From Kiritimatiellota bacterium (lineage in GTDB: Bacteria; Verrucomicrobiota; Kiritimatiellia; CAIQIC01): DNA of 39,077 nucleotides. Where the stretch lies: NCBI GenBank assembly GCA_026398385.1, contig JAPLSZ010000253.1, positions 1 through 39,077 of the forward strand, read 5' to 3'. Made by a program: the position numbers and the translations under genes. The notes below the pieces were generated by a model. It did no database searches and had not been told where the DNA came from. It worked only from the letters and a program-made list of their open reading frames with translations. Shown piece by piece: positions 26,873 to 35,477 of the stretch. Position 1 is the first letter of the stretch, and each line of letters begins with the position of its first letter.

Positions 26873-27294
26873 TCCTGATGGACGTCAATGTGCTGGTGTA
26901 CGCGCATCGCAAGGACACGCAACGCCATGGGGAGTACCATCGCTGGCTGCAGGGCGTGCTGACGGGCGATGCCGGGTTTGGCGTGACGGATGTCGTTCTG
27001 TCCGGATTTGTGCGCATCGTGACCCATCCGCGCATCTTCGATCCGCCGACGCCGCTCCCGCAGGCGCTCGCCTTCGCCGAAGTTTTGCGGACGCACCCGG
27101 CCGCGACGTTGGTGCAACCCGGGCCGCGGCATTGGGAGTTGTTTAGCAAGCTGTGCCGAGAGGCGGGCGCCGCCGGCAACCTGATCGCGGACGCCTGGTT
27201 GGCCGCGCTCGCGATCGAATCCGGCTGCGAATGGATCACCACCGACCGCGATTTCGCACGCTTTCCCGGCTTGCGTTGGCGGGCGCCGCTGTAG
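26869..27294 (+). CDS. vapC: VapC PIN-domain toxin
   Basis: ILMDVNVLVYAH, RIVTHPRIF, GNLIADAWLAALAIE, TTDRDFARFPGL. Confidence 0.9.
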   Translation: MILMDVNVLVYAHRKDTQRHGEYHRWLQGVLTGDAGFGVTDVVLSGFVRIVTHPRIFDPPTPLPQALAFAEVLRTHPAATLVQPGPRHWELFSKLCREAGAAGNLIADAWLAALAIESGCEWITTDRDFARFPGLRWRAPL

Positions 27295-27417
27295 CCGGGA
27301 TACGAAGGGACATTCTATGGTCGTGGAATTTCAAGCGCCGGGGCCATCGCCGCGCATTGCCAACCGTGCCCGTGGCAGGGCTCTGTGGACCCGGTCCAAA
27401 AAATCGCGCAGAAAGGA

Positions 27418-27446
27418 TTGACAGCGGTCTCCGCGTCCGCTAAAGT
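27418..27446 (+). promoter_or_regulatory. rplM-rpsI promoter
   Basis: TTGACA-N17-TAAAGT. Confidence 0.7.
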
Positions 27447-27478
27447 CCGCCCCGCGATTCGACACGAGAAGGGCACGC

Positions 27479-27913
27479 ATGAAGACAACGATCATGAAGG
27501 TGGCGGACGTTCGGCGGGTGTGGCATCTGGTGGATGCCGCGGATCAGCCCGTCGGCCGGCTGGCGGTGAAAATTGCCAAACTTTTGCGCGGTAAAGACAA
27601 GCCGGTGTTCACGCCGCACGTGGACATGGGCGATTTTGTCGTGGTGATCAACGCGGCCAAAGTCAAGCTGACCGGCGCCAAGGAAGAACAGAAACTCTAC
27701 AAGAGCTATTCGCTCTATCCGGGCGGCTTGAAGGAAAAGACCGCCGCCGCGGTGCGGGCGAAGCACCCGGCCTTCCTGGTGGAGCACGCGGTGCACGGCA
27801 TGCTGCCCAAGAACCGGCTCAGCCGCACGCTGCTTGGGCGCCTGCACGTCTATGGCGGCGCCGCGCATCCGCACGCCGCCCAGCAGCCCCAGGCGCTGGC
27901 CTGGTCATTATAG
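27479..27913 (+). CDS. rplM: 50S ribosomal protein L13
   Basis: WHLVDA, GRLA, LRGKDKPVFTPHVDMGDFVVVINA, GMLPKN, HPHAAQQP. Confidence 0.97.
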   Translation: MKTTIMKVADVRRVWHLVDAADQPVGRLAVKIAKLLRGKDKPVFTPHVDMGDFVVVINAAKVKLTGAKEEQKLYKSYSLYPGGLKEKTAAAVRAKHPAFLVEHAVHGMLPKNRLSRTLLGRLHVYGGAAHPHAAQQPQALAWSL

Positions 27914-27928
27914 TAAGGAGAACGGATC

Positions 27929-28327
<399 letters not shown>

Positions 28328-28400
28328 GCGCGCGAACGCGGCGGGTGGACCCGCGACCCCGCCGCCCGCCTCCGTTCCGCCGTCCGCCGGCGAGGAAAGT

Positions 28401-29609
28401 ATGAGCAAGCCGAAGATTGTCGTGCGCGAAACCATCCGATTGCCCCAGGGCTTCCGCGCCGCGGGCGTGGCGGCCGGCTTGAAAAAGAGCGGCCGCCCGG
28501 ATCTGGCCCTGTTCGTCTCCGACCTGCCGGCCGCCATCGCCGGCGTTTTTACCACCAACCAGGTGCAGTCCGCCACGGTCAAATTGGACCGCCGGCGGCT
28601 GGCCGGCGGGGTGGGGCGCGCGATCGTGGTCAACAGCGGCAATGCCAACGCCTGCAACGGTCCGGCCGGCTTGCGTGACGCGGACCGCATGACCGCGCTC
28701 ACGGCCGAATTGCTGAACCTTAGCAAGCGGCAGGTATTCGTCTGTTCCACGGGCCGGATCGGCCTGCCGATGCCGATGGAGATCATTGAGCCCGGCATCC
28801 GCCAGGCCGTCGCGGCCCTGTCGCCGCGCGGCGGCCGGGACGCCGCCACGGCGATCATGACCACCGACACGCGCATCAAGCACGCCACCGTAACGCTGCC
28901 GGTGGATGGCCGGACGGTGACGTTGACCGGCTGTGCCAAGGGCTCCGGCATGATCGAGCCAAAGATGGCGACCATGCTGGCGTTTCTGATGACCGACGCC
29001 CGCGTGTACCGGCCGGCGCTGCAGGCCAGCCTCGCGGCCGCGGCCGATGACAGTTTTAACCGCATTTCCGTGGATGGCGACCGCAGCACGAACGATACGG
29101 TGCTGATGTTGGCCAACGGCGCGGCGGCGAATGCGACACTGCAGCCGGGCCACCCGGACTGGCCCGCCTGGGTCGCCGCGGTTCGTCAACTGACGCTCAA
29201 CCTCGCCATCAAGATGGCGCGCGATGGCGAGGGCGCCACCAAACTCGTCACCGTCCGCGTCCGCGGCGCGCGGAACGACGCCGAGGCGGACCTGGCCGCG
29301 CGGGCGGTGGCCAATTCGCTGCTGGTCAAGACCTCCTGGGTCGGTGACTACCCGAACTGGGGCCGGATCATGGACGCCCTGGGTTACTCCGCGGCCAAAG
29401 TCGCCGAAGAGCGCGTGGATATCGGCTACGACGACCTGCCGGCAGCGCGGGGCGGCGTGTGGGCCGGCACGCCCCTGGCGCGGCTGAAGCGCATCCAGCG
29501 GCGCAAGGCCTTCACGCTGAACATCAACCTGCACCTCGGCGCGGGCGCAGCCGTGGTGTACACGTGCGACTGCACCGAGGCCTACGTGCGCATCAATTAC
29601 GGGGAGTGA
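28401..29609 (+). CDS. argJ: Ornithine acetyltransferase / N-acetylglutamate synthase
   Basis: NSGNANA, IMTTDT, KGSGMIEPKMATML (autoproteolysis site), DGDRSTND, RDGEGATK, PNWGR. Confidence 0.95.
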   Translation: MSKPKIVVRETIRLPQGFRAAGVAAGLKKSGRPDLALFVSDLPAAIAGVFTTNQVQSATVKLDRRRLAGGVGRAIVVNSGNANACNGPAGLRDADRMTALTAELLNLSKRQVFVCSTGRIGLPMPMEIIEPGIRQAVAALSPRGGRDAATAIMTTDTRIKHATVTLPVDGRTVTLTGCAKGSGMIEPKMATMLAFLMTDARVYRPALQASLAAAADDSFNRISVDGDRSTNDTVLMLANGAAANATLQPGHPDWPAWVAAVRQLTLNLAIKMARDGEGATKLVTVRVRGARNDAEADLAARAVANSLLVKTSWVGDYPNWGRIMDALGYSAAKVAEERVDIGYDDLPAARGGVWAGTPLARLKRIQRRKAFTLNINLHLGAGAAVVYTCDCTEAYVRINYGE

Positions 29610-29611
29610 GC

Positions 29612-30484
29612 ATGCAGCAGATCATCGCCAAGGCGGAAGTCTTGCTCGAGGCCTTGCCGTACATCCAGCGGTTTCGTGGCGACACCGTGGTGGTCAAGTT
29701 CGGCGGCAGCGCGATGGAAGACCGGGCGTGCGTGGAACGCGTGCTGCAGGACATCGCCTTCATGGAGTGCGTGGGGTTGCGCCCCGTGGTGGTGCACGGC
29801 GGCGGCCGGGCGATCAACGCGCGGATGAAGGACGCCGCGCTCCAGCCGCAGTTCGTCCAGGGCCTGCGCGTGACCGACGAGGCCTCCCTGCGGATCGTCG
29901 AGCACGTGCTCAACCAGGAGGTTAATCCGGACCTCGTGGCCACGCTGGAGGGGTTCGGCTGCAAGGCGCGCGGCATCCATGGCGAGGACATCCTGCAGGT
30001 CGTCAAACTGCAGCGGCCGGACGCGGCCACCGGCCGACTGCTGGACTGGGGCTACGTCGGCGAGGTCACCGGCCTGGACGCCGAGCCGATCAAGGCCTTC
30101 CTGCAGGCGGACATCACCCCGGTCATCACCCCGCTCGGCCGTGGACCGGACCGTCATCTCTATAACATCAATGCCGACGAGGCCGCCGCCGCCCTGGCCG
30201 AGCGGCTCCAGGCGCGCAAGCTGGTATTCCTGTCCGACGTGCCCGGCTTGCTGGCCAAACGGGACGATCCGACTTCGCTGATTTCGACCCTGCGCCTGAG
30301 CGAGGTGGAGGATTTGATCGCGCGCGGCGTGATTGGCGGCGGCATGCTGCCGAAGATCGGCGGCGCGCTCAAGGCGCTGCGGGCCGGCGTGCGCAAGACG
30401 CACATCATTGACGCCGGCCTGCCGCATTCGTTGCTGCTGGAATTGTTCACCGACCGGGGTGTCGGCACGGAAATCGTGCCGTAG
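29612..30484 (+). CDS. argB: Acetylglutamate kinase
   Basis: EALPYIQRF, VKFGGSAM, VHGGG, NINADE, GGMLPK, ELFTDRGVGT. Confidence 0.95.
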   Translation: MQQIIAKAEVLLEALPYIQRFRGDTVVVKFGGSAMEDRACVERVLQDIAFMECVGLRPVVVHGGGRAINARMKDAALQPQFVQGLRVTDEASLRIVEHVLNQEVNPDLVATLEGFGCKARGIHGEDILQVVKLQRPDAATGRLLDWGYVGEVTGLDAEPIKAFLQADITPVITPLGRGPDRHLYNINADEAAAALAERLQARKLVFLSDVPGLLAKRDDPTSLISTLRLSEVEDLIARGVIGGGMLPKIGGALKALRAGVRKTHIIDAGLPHSLLLELFTDRGVGTEIVP

Positions 30485-30520
30485 CGCGGCGGCGGGCGCG
30501 TCGGGCTGTGCGCCGCGGTG

Positions 30521-30674
30521 GTGTCGGTGGTAAAGGGCCCTAAAGATAAGCTCGCGGCGGTCGAGGCCGCCCGCCCTCCCGATGAGGCCGGCGTGCGTTG
30601 TCCCTGGAGGGCCGGGCTCCGTCCCGACCGTCTTGGCCCGATTTTTCACAGCTTCTGACCCTTTACACCGGCGC
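30521..30674 (+). other. 154-nt long irregular hairpin (nested repeat element or structured RNA)
   Basis: Outer stem GTGTCGGTGGTAAAGGG / CCCTTTACACCGGCGC, AAGCT / AGCTT, inner stems GGCGGTCG / CGACCGTC and GCCCGCCCTCC / GGAGGGCCGGGC. Confidence 0.5.
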
Positions 30675-30683
30675 GGTCTGGCA

Positions 30684-30712
30684 TGGACAGGCGCAGCGGC
30701 GGCTGGTACAGT
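30684..30712 (+). promoter_or_regulatory. Putative accBC promoter
   Basis: TGGACA-N17-TACAGT; AGGAGG SD before accB. Confidence 0.5.
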
Positions 30713-30767
30713 ACCCGCAGTGACCGGGGACCCGGTGCGGCGCCGGGGCCTTGGATAGGAGGACGAT

Positions 30768-31217
30768 ATGGACATGGAACAAATCCGGCAGGTGATTGAC
30801 TTGATGAAAGCCAACGACCTCTGCGAGTTCGAGATGGAGGAGGAGGGCTTTCGCATCGCGGTCAAGCGCCGGAACGGCGCGGAACCAGCGGTGGTGCTGT
30901 CGCCCGCGGCGCCGGCCGGAGTCAGCCTGGCGCCCGCAGCGCCCGCCGACGCGCCCGCGGCCGAAAGCGGCAAGAAAACGGTCGAAATCAAGTCGCCGAT
31001 CGTCGGCACGTTCTACCGCGCGCCGACGCCCGACACCGAGCCGTTCGTGGGCGTGGGCGCGCACCTTGACGCCGAAACGGTGGTGTGCCTGGTGGAGGCC
31101 ATGAAAGTCATGAATGAAATCAAAGCGGAGGTCAAAGGCACCATCCGCAAGGTCCTGGCGGAGAATGCCACGGCGGTGCAGTTCGGGCAGCCGCTGTTTC
31201 TCGTGGAGCTGGATTAG
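30768..31217 (+). CDS. accB: Biotin carboxyl carrier protein
   Basis: Ala/Pro linker, [18 protein letters not shown]. Confidence 0.96.
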   Translation: MDMEQIRQVIDLMKANDLCEFEMEEEGFRIAVKRRNGAEPAVVLSPAAPAGVSLAPAAPADAPAAESGKKTVEIKSPIVGTFYRAPTPDTEPFVGVGAHLDAETVVCLVEAMKVMNEIKAEVKGTIRKVLAENATAVQFGQPLFLVELD

Positions 31218-31222
31218 CGCCC

Positions 31223-32584
31223 ATGTTTGAACGTATCCTGATCGCTAATCGCGGTGAAATCGCCGTGCGGATCATCCGGACGTGCCGGGAAATGGGCCTC
31301 CACACCGTGGCGGTGTACTCCACGGCGGACGAGCAATCCCTGCACGTGCAGTTGGCCGACGAGGCCATCTGCATCGGCCCGCCCCCCGCGCGGGACAGCT
31401 ACCTGAAAATCGCCAACATCATCAGCGCCGCGGAGATCGCCGACGTGGACGCGATTCATCCGGGCTATGGTTTTCTGGCCGAGAACGCGCACTTCGCCGA
31501 GATCTGCAAGAACTGCAACATCGTCTTCATCGGCCCCACGGCGGAAAACATCCGGCTGATGGGCGACAAGATCCAGGCGCGGCAGACGATGCGGAAGGCC
31601 GGCGTGCCGATCACGCCCGGCAGCGACGCGGTGCAGAGCAAGGAGGAGGCGCTGAAGGTGGCCGAGCGGCTGGGTTATCCGGTGCTGATCAAGGCCGCGG
31701 CGGGCGGCGGCGGCAAGGGTATGCGGGTGGCGCGCAACGACGTGAGCCTGGTGCATGGCTTCATGACGGCCAGCTCGGAGGCGGAACGGGCCTTCAGCAA
31801 TCCCACCATGTATATCGAAAAGTACGTCGAGCAGGCCCGCCATATCGAAGTGCAGATCATCGCCGACCACCACCGCAACGTGCTGCACCTCGGCGAGCGC
31901 GATTGCAGCCTCCAGCGTCGCCACCAGAAGCTCGTCGAGGAATCGCCGAGCCCGGGGTTGACCCACGACCAGCGCAAGAAAATCCTGCGCGCCGCCGTGC
32001 GCGCCGCGGAGGCCGTGAACTACCAGAACGCTGGCACGATCGAGTTCCTGTTCGACCAGAAGAGCGGGCAATTCTATTTCATGGAAATGAACACCCGCAT
32101 CCAGGTGGAGCATCCCGTGACGGAGGAAATCACCGGTGTGGACCTGGTGCGCGAGCAAATCCGCGTGGCCGCCGGCGGGAAGCTCTCCTTCAGCGAGCGC
32201 GACCTGAAGTTCCAGGGGCACGCCATCGAGTTCCGCATCAACGCGGAGGATCCGGCGAAGAACTTCACGCCGAGCCCCGGCCTGGTCCGGGCCGTGCATT
32301 TCCCCGGCGGGCCCGGCGTGCGGGTGGATTCGCACGTGTACTGCGGCTACGAGATTCCCCCGTATTACGACAGCATGATCGGCAAGCTGATCGTCCATGC
32401 GCACACGCGGGCCGAGGCCATCGCCCGGATGGCCCGCGCGCTGGCCGAGTTCTCCATCGACGGGGTCGCCACCACCGTGTCGTTCGGGCAGGCGCTGCTG
32501 GGCGACGCCCGGTTCACGCGCGGGGAATACAACACCGCCTTTCTGGAAAATTTCATGAAGGAAGTGTTTCTGATCAACACCTGA
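31223..32584 (+). CDS. accC: Biotin carboxylase
   Basis: [45 protein letters not shown]. Confidence 0.97.
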   Translation: MFERILIANRGEIAVRIIRTCREMGLHTVAVYSTADEQSLHVQLADEAICIGPPPARDSYLKIANIISAAEIADVDAIHPGYGFLAENAHFAEICKNCNIVFIGPTAENIRLMGDKIQARQTMRKAGVPITPGSDAVQSKEEALKVAERLGYPVLIKAAAGGGGKGMRVARNDVSLVHGFMTASSEAERAFSNPTMYIEKYVEQARHIEVQIIADHHRNVLHLGERDCSLQRRHQKLVEESPSPGLTHDQRKKILRAAVRAAEAVNYQNAGTIEFLFDQKSGQFYFMEMNTRIQVEHPVTEEITGVDLVREQIRVAAGGKLSFSERDLKFQGHAIEFRINAEDPAKNFTPSPGLVRAVHFPGGPGVRVDSHVYCGYEIPPYYDSMIGKLIVHAHTRAEAIARMARALAEFSIDGVATTVSFGQALLGDARFTRGEYNTAFLENFMKEVFLINT

Positions 32585-32616
32585 GGCGGCCGGGCCGGGA
32601 AAGGAGCGGGGCGGAC

Positions 32617-33180
32617 ATGGATTGGGCGCGCATTGCACAGGATAGCCGGGCCGTCGCCGAGCAGGTGCTCGGCCCGCTGCGGCCGGAGATCGAGGCCGTG
32701 GGCGGCGAGCTGGCCGACCGGCTGCGGGCCGGCGGGAAGGTCCTGTTCTGCGGCAACGGCGGCAGCGCCGCCGACGCCCAGCATTTCGCCGGCGAGTTCG
32801 TCAACCGCTTCCTGCGGGAACGCCGCCCCTATGCCGGCCTGGCGCTGTCCACGGACACGTCGGTCATCACCGCCATCGGCAACGACTACGGGTATGACCA
32901 GATCTTCGAGAAACAAGTGCGGGCGCTGGGCCGGCCCGGCGACGCGCTGGTGGCGATTTCCACCAGCGGCAACGCGGCGAACGTCTGCCGCGCCGCGCAG
33001 GCGGCGCGCGCACTGGGCCTGCTGACGATCGGCCTGACCGGCGGCGCCGGCGGCCGGCTGGCGGCGCTGGTGGACCGGCGGCTGTCCATCGCCTGCGCCG
33101 CCAGCACACCGCGGATCCAGGAGGGGCACCAGCTCGTGATGCACCTGCTCTGCGAACGGGTGGAGGAGCTCCTGCAATAA
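32617..33180 (+). CDS. gmhA: Sedoheptulose-7-phosphate isomerase
   Basis: CGNGGSAADAQHFAGE, TAIGNDYGY, ISTSGN, RIQEGH; AAGGAG SD. Confidence 0.92.
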   Translation: MDWARIAQDSRAVAEQVLGPLRPEIEAVGGELADRLRAGGKVLFCGNGGSAADAQHFAGEFVNRFLRERRPYAGLALSTDTSVITAIGNDYGYDQIFEKQVRALGRPGDALVAISTSGNAANVCRAAQAARALGLLTIGLTGGAGGRLAALVDRRLSIACAASTPRIQEGHQLVMHLLCERVEELLQ

Positions 33181-33212
33181 GCCCGGCGGAAGCAAAACGG
33201 AGCCGGGAGACC

Positions 33213-33378
33213 GTAATCAGTTATCAGTAATCAAGTAATCTGATCAGTTATCAGAATAATTGGTAATCAGAATGTGGATCAACTTCCGTTCGTTGCGTGG
33301 GGAGGATGCCGAAGACTTTGGCGCCAGCCCTCGTGGATTTCCTGCGACCCTGAACCCTGAACCCTGAACGCAGAACCC
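33213..33378. repeat. Two different 7-mer tandem arrays in the gmhA-pfkB spacer
   Basis: Degenerate (t[a/t]atcag)n at 33213-33270; accctga x3 plus acgcaga at 33347-33374. Confidence 0.75.
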
Positions 33379-33390
33379 CTCCCCTGTTCC

Positions 33391-34311
33391 ATGTCCTCCC
33401 CAAAGAACATCCCACTGGTCGTGGTCGGCTCCATCGGCCTGGATACCATCGCCACCCCGCGCGAACGCCGCACCGACCTCCTCGGCGGCTCGGCCAGCTA
33501 CGCCGGCGTCGCCGCTGCGTTCTTCACCCGCGTCGGCCTGGTGGGCGTGGTGGGGTCCGATTTTGACGCGGCCCACCTCGCCCTCTACCGCCGCTGCGGC
33601 TGCGACCTCGCCGGGCTGCAAATCCGGGACGGGCGCACGTTCCGCTGGTCCGGCGTCTACGAGGAGAACATGGACAACCGCCGGACGCTCAGCACGGAGC
33701 TCAATGTCTTCGCCGATTTCGCGCCGTGCCTGCCCCCGGCCTACCGCCGCGCGCCGTTCCTGTTCCTGGCCAATATCGCGCCGGCGCTGCAGTTGCACGT
33801 GCTCGACCAGATGCGGCCGCCGCGGTTCGTGATGGCCGACACCATGGACCTGTGGATCGAGACCGCGCGGCCGGCGCTGCAGCGGGTCATCCGGCGGGTG
33901 CATCTGTTGACGGTGAACGAGTCCGAGGCGCGCCATCTGACCGGTCAGCGGTCGCTGCTCGCGGCGGCCCACCGGCTGCTGGGCTGGGGGCCGCGCTACG
34001 TGCTGATCAAGAAAGGCGAGCACGGCTGCAGCCTGTTTTCCCGCCGCGGGGTGTTTCAACTGCCGGCCTATCCGGTGCCGGACGTCCGGGATCCCACCGG
34101 CGCGGGCGACACCTTCGCCGGCGGTTTCATCGGCGCCCTGGCCGCGGGCGGCCGCGTGCACGCGGCCGCCCTCCGCCGCGCCATGCTGTACGGCAGCGTG
34201 GTGGCCTCCTTTGGCGTCGAGGCCTTCAGCCTGGACCGCCTGCGCCGCCTCACCCGCCGCGCCATCGGGCAGCGCGCCCGCGTCTTTCACCGCATGCTCC
34301 GGGTGGACTGA
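33391..34311 (+). CDS. PfkB/ribokinase-family sugar or nucleoside kinase
   Basis: LGGSASY, VNESEA, KKGEHG, DPTGAGDTFAGG. Confidence 0.9.
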   Translation: MSSPKNIPLVVVGSIGLDTIATPRERRTDLLGGSASYAGVAAAFFTRVGLVGVVGSDFDAAHLALYRRCGCDLAGLQIRDGRTFRWSGVYEENMDNRRTLSTELNVFADFAPCLPPAYRRAPFLFLANIAPALQLHVLDQMRPPRFVMADTMDLWIETARPALQRVIRRVHLLTVNESEARHLTGQRSLLAAAHRLLGWGPRYVLIKKGEHGCSLFSRRGVFQLPAYPVPDVRDPTGAGDTFAGGFIGALAAGGRVHAAALRRAMLYGSVVASFGVEAFSLDRLRRLTRRAIGQRARVFHRMLRVD

Positions 34312-34313
34312 TT

Positions 34314-35435
34314 ATGCAGCAGAGCTGGGTCGAAGTTGACGTGCGCGCGTTGGAGCATAACCTCCGGCTGTTGCGCCAGCGGCTGGCCCCGGGCGCCGCG
34401 CTGATGCCCGTGCTCAAGAGCGAGGCCTATGGCCACGGCCTGGTGGCCGTCGGCCGCCGTGCCCGGGCGGACGGCGTCAACTGGTTCGCCGTGGCCTATC
34501 TGCACGAGGCGCTGGCCTTGCGCCCGGTGGTCGGCGCGGCGCACATCCTGATCCTGGGCGCGGTGGAACCCGCCGACCTGCCGCTGCTCGTCCGGCACAA
34601 CCTGCTCCCGAGCGTGGTCGACGAGGAGCACGCGCGGGCGCTCGATGCCGCGGCCGGCGCGCTGGGCGTCCGGCTGCCCGTGCACCTCAAGCTGGATACC
34701 GGCATGGGGCGGCTGGGCTTTGTCTGGAGCGAGGCCGGGCAGGTGCTGCCCCGCGTGGCGCGCCTGCCGCATCTGGACCTCCAGGGCCTGGGCAGCCACT
34801 TTGCCGCCGTCGAGCCGGACGATCCGGACCGCGCGGGCCGCCAGCTCGAGCGTTTCCTCCAGGCCCGCGTCCTGCTGGAGCGGCAACTGGGCCGGCGCCT
34901 CTTCGCCCACATCTCCAGCAGCCGCGCCTTCCTGCACCTGCCCGGCGGGCAGCTCGACGGCGTCCGCATCGGCATCCTCCTCTTCGGCTACGGCGCCGGC
35001 GCCTTCGCCGAACAGCTCCCGCTCCAGCCCGCGTTGCAGTGGAAGACCCGCGTCATCCAGGTCAAAACCGTGCCGGCCGATTTCCCGGTCGGCTACTACA
35101 GCACGTGGCGCACGGCCGCGCCCACGGACCTCGCGACCATCGCCCTCGGCTATGCCGACGGCTACCTGCGCGTCCTGAGCAATAAGGGCTACGTCCTCAT
35201 CCGCGGCCGGCGCTGTCCGGTTGTCGGGCGCGTCAGCATGAACTGGATCACCGTGGACTGCGGGCCGGCCAGCGGCGTGCGCGCCGGCGACGAGGTCGTG
35301 CTGCTGGGCCGGCAGGGCGATGCGGAGGTCTGGGCCGACGAGCTGGCCGGCCTCTGCGGCACCATTGCCTACGAGATCCTCACCAGCATCGCTTCGCGTC
35401 TCGAACGCCGCTATCCCGGAGACAGCCAGATCTGA
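34314..35435 (+). CDS. alr: Alanine racemase
   Basis: VLKSEAYGHG (PLP lysine), HLKLDTGMGRLG, GYADG, VGRVSM, GTIAYEILT. Confidence 0.95.
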   Translation: MQQSWVEVDVRALEHNLRLLRQRLAPGAALMPVLKSEAYGHGLVAVGRRARADGVNWFAVAYLHEALALRPVVGAAHILILGAVEPADLPLLVRHNLLPSVVDEEHARALDAAAGALGVRLPVHLKLDTGMGRLGFVWSEAGQVLPRVARLPHLDLQGLGSHFAAVEPDDPDRAGRQLERFLQARVLLERQLGRRLFAHISSSRAFLHLPGGQLDGVRIGILLFGYGAGAFAEQLPLQPALQWKTRVIQVKTVPADFPVGYYSTWRTAAPTDLATIALGYADGYLRVLSNKGYVLIRGRRCPVVGRVSMNWITVDCGPASGVRAGDEVVLLGRQGDAEVWADELAGLCGTIAYEILTSIASRLERRYPGDSQI

Positions 35436-35477
35436 AACCTTATGCGCCAGGACGCCACCCTCCATAGTGTTGGCCTG

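Noticed and set aside
24796-27132. 778-aa ORF suggesting a KdsA fusion
   Set aside because: The upstream part is an alternative frame of kdsB and the antisense of vapBC; KdsA motifs begin only below about 25731.
28338-28365. Hairpin after rpsI as an intrinsic terminator
   Set aside because: There is a GC stem but no U-tract; argJ may be co-transcribed.
31282-33180. 632-aa ORF suggesting a long GmhA
   Set aside because: The N-terminal part is an off-frame reading of accC. gmhA has its own SD and ATG at 32617.
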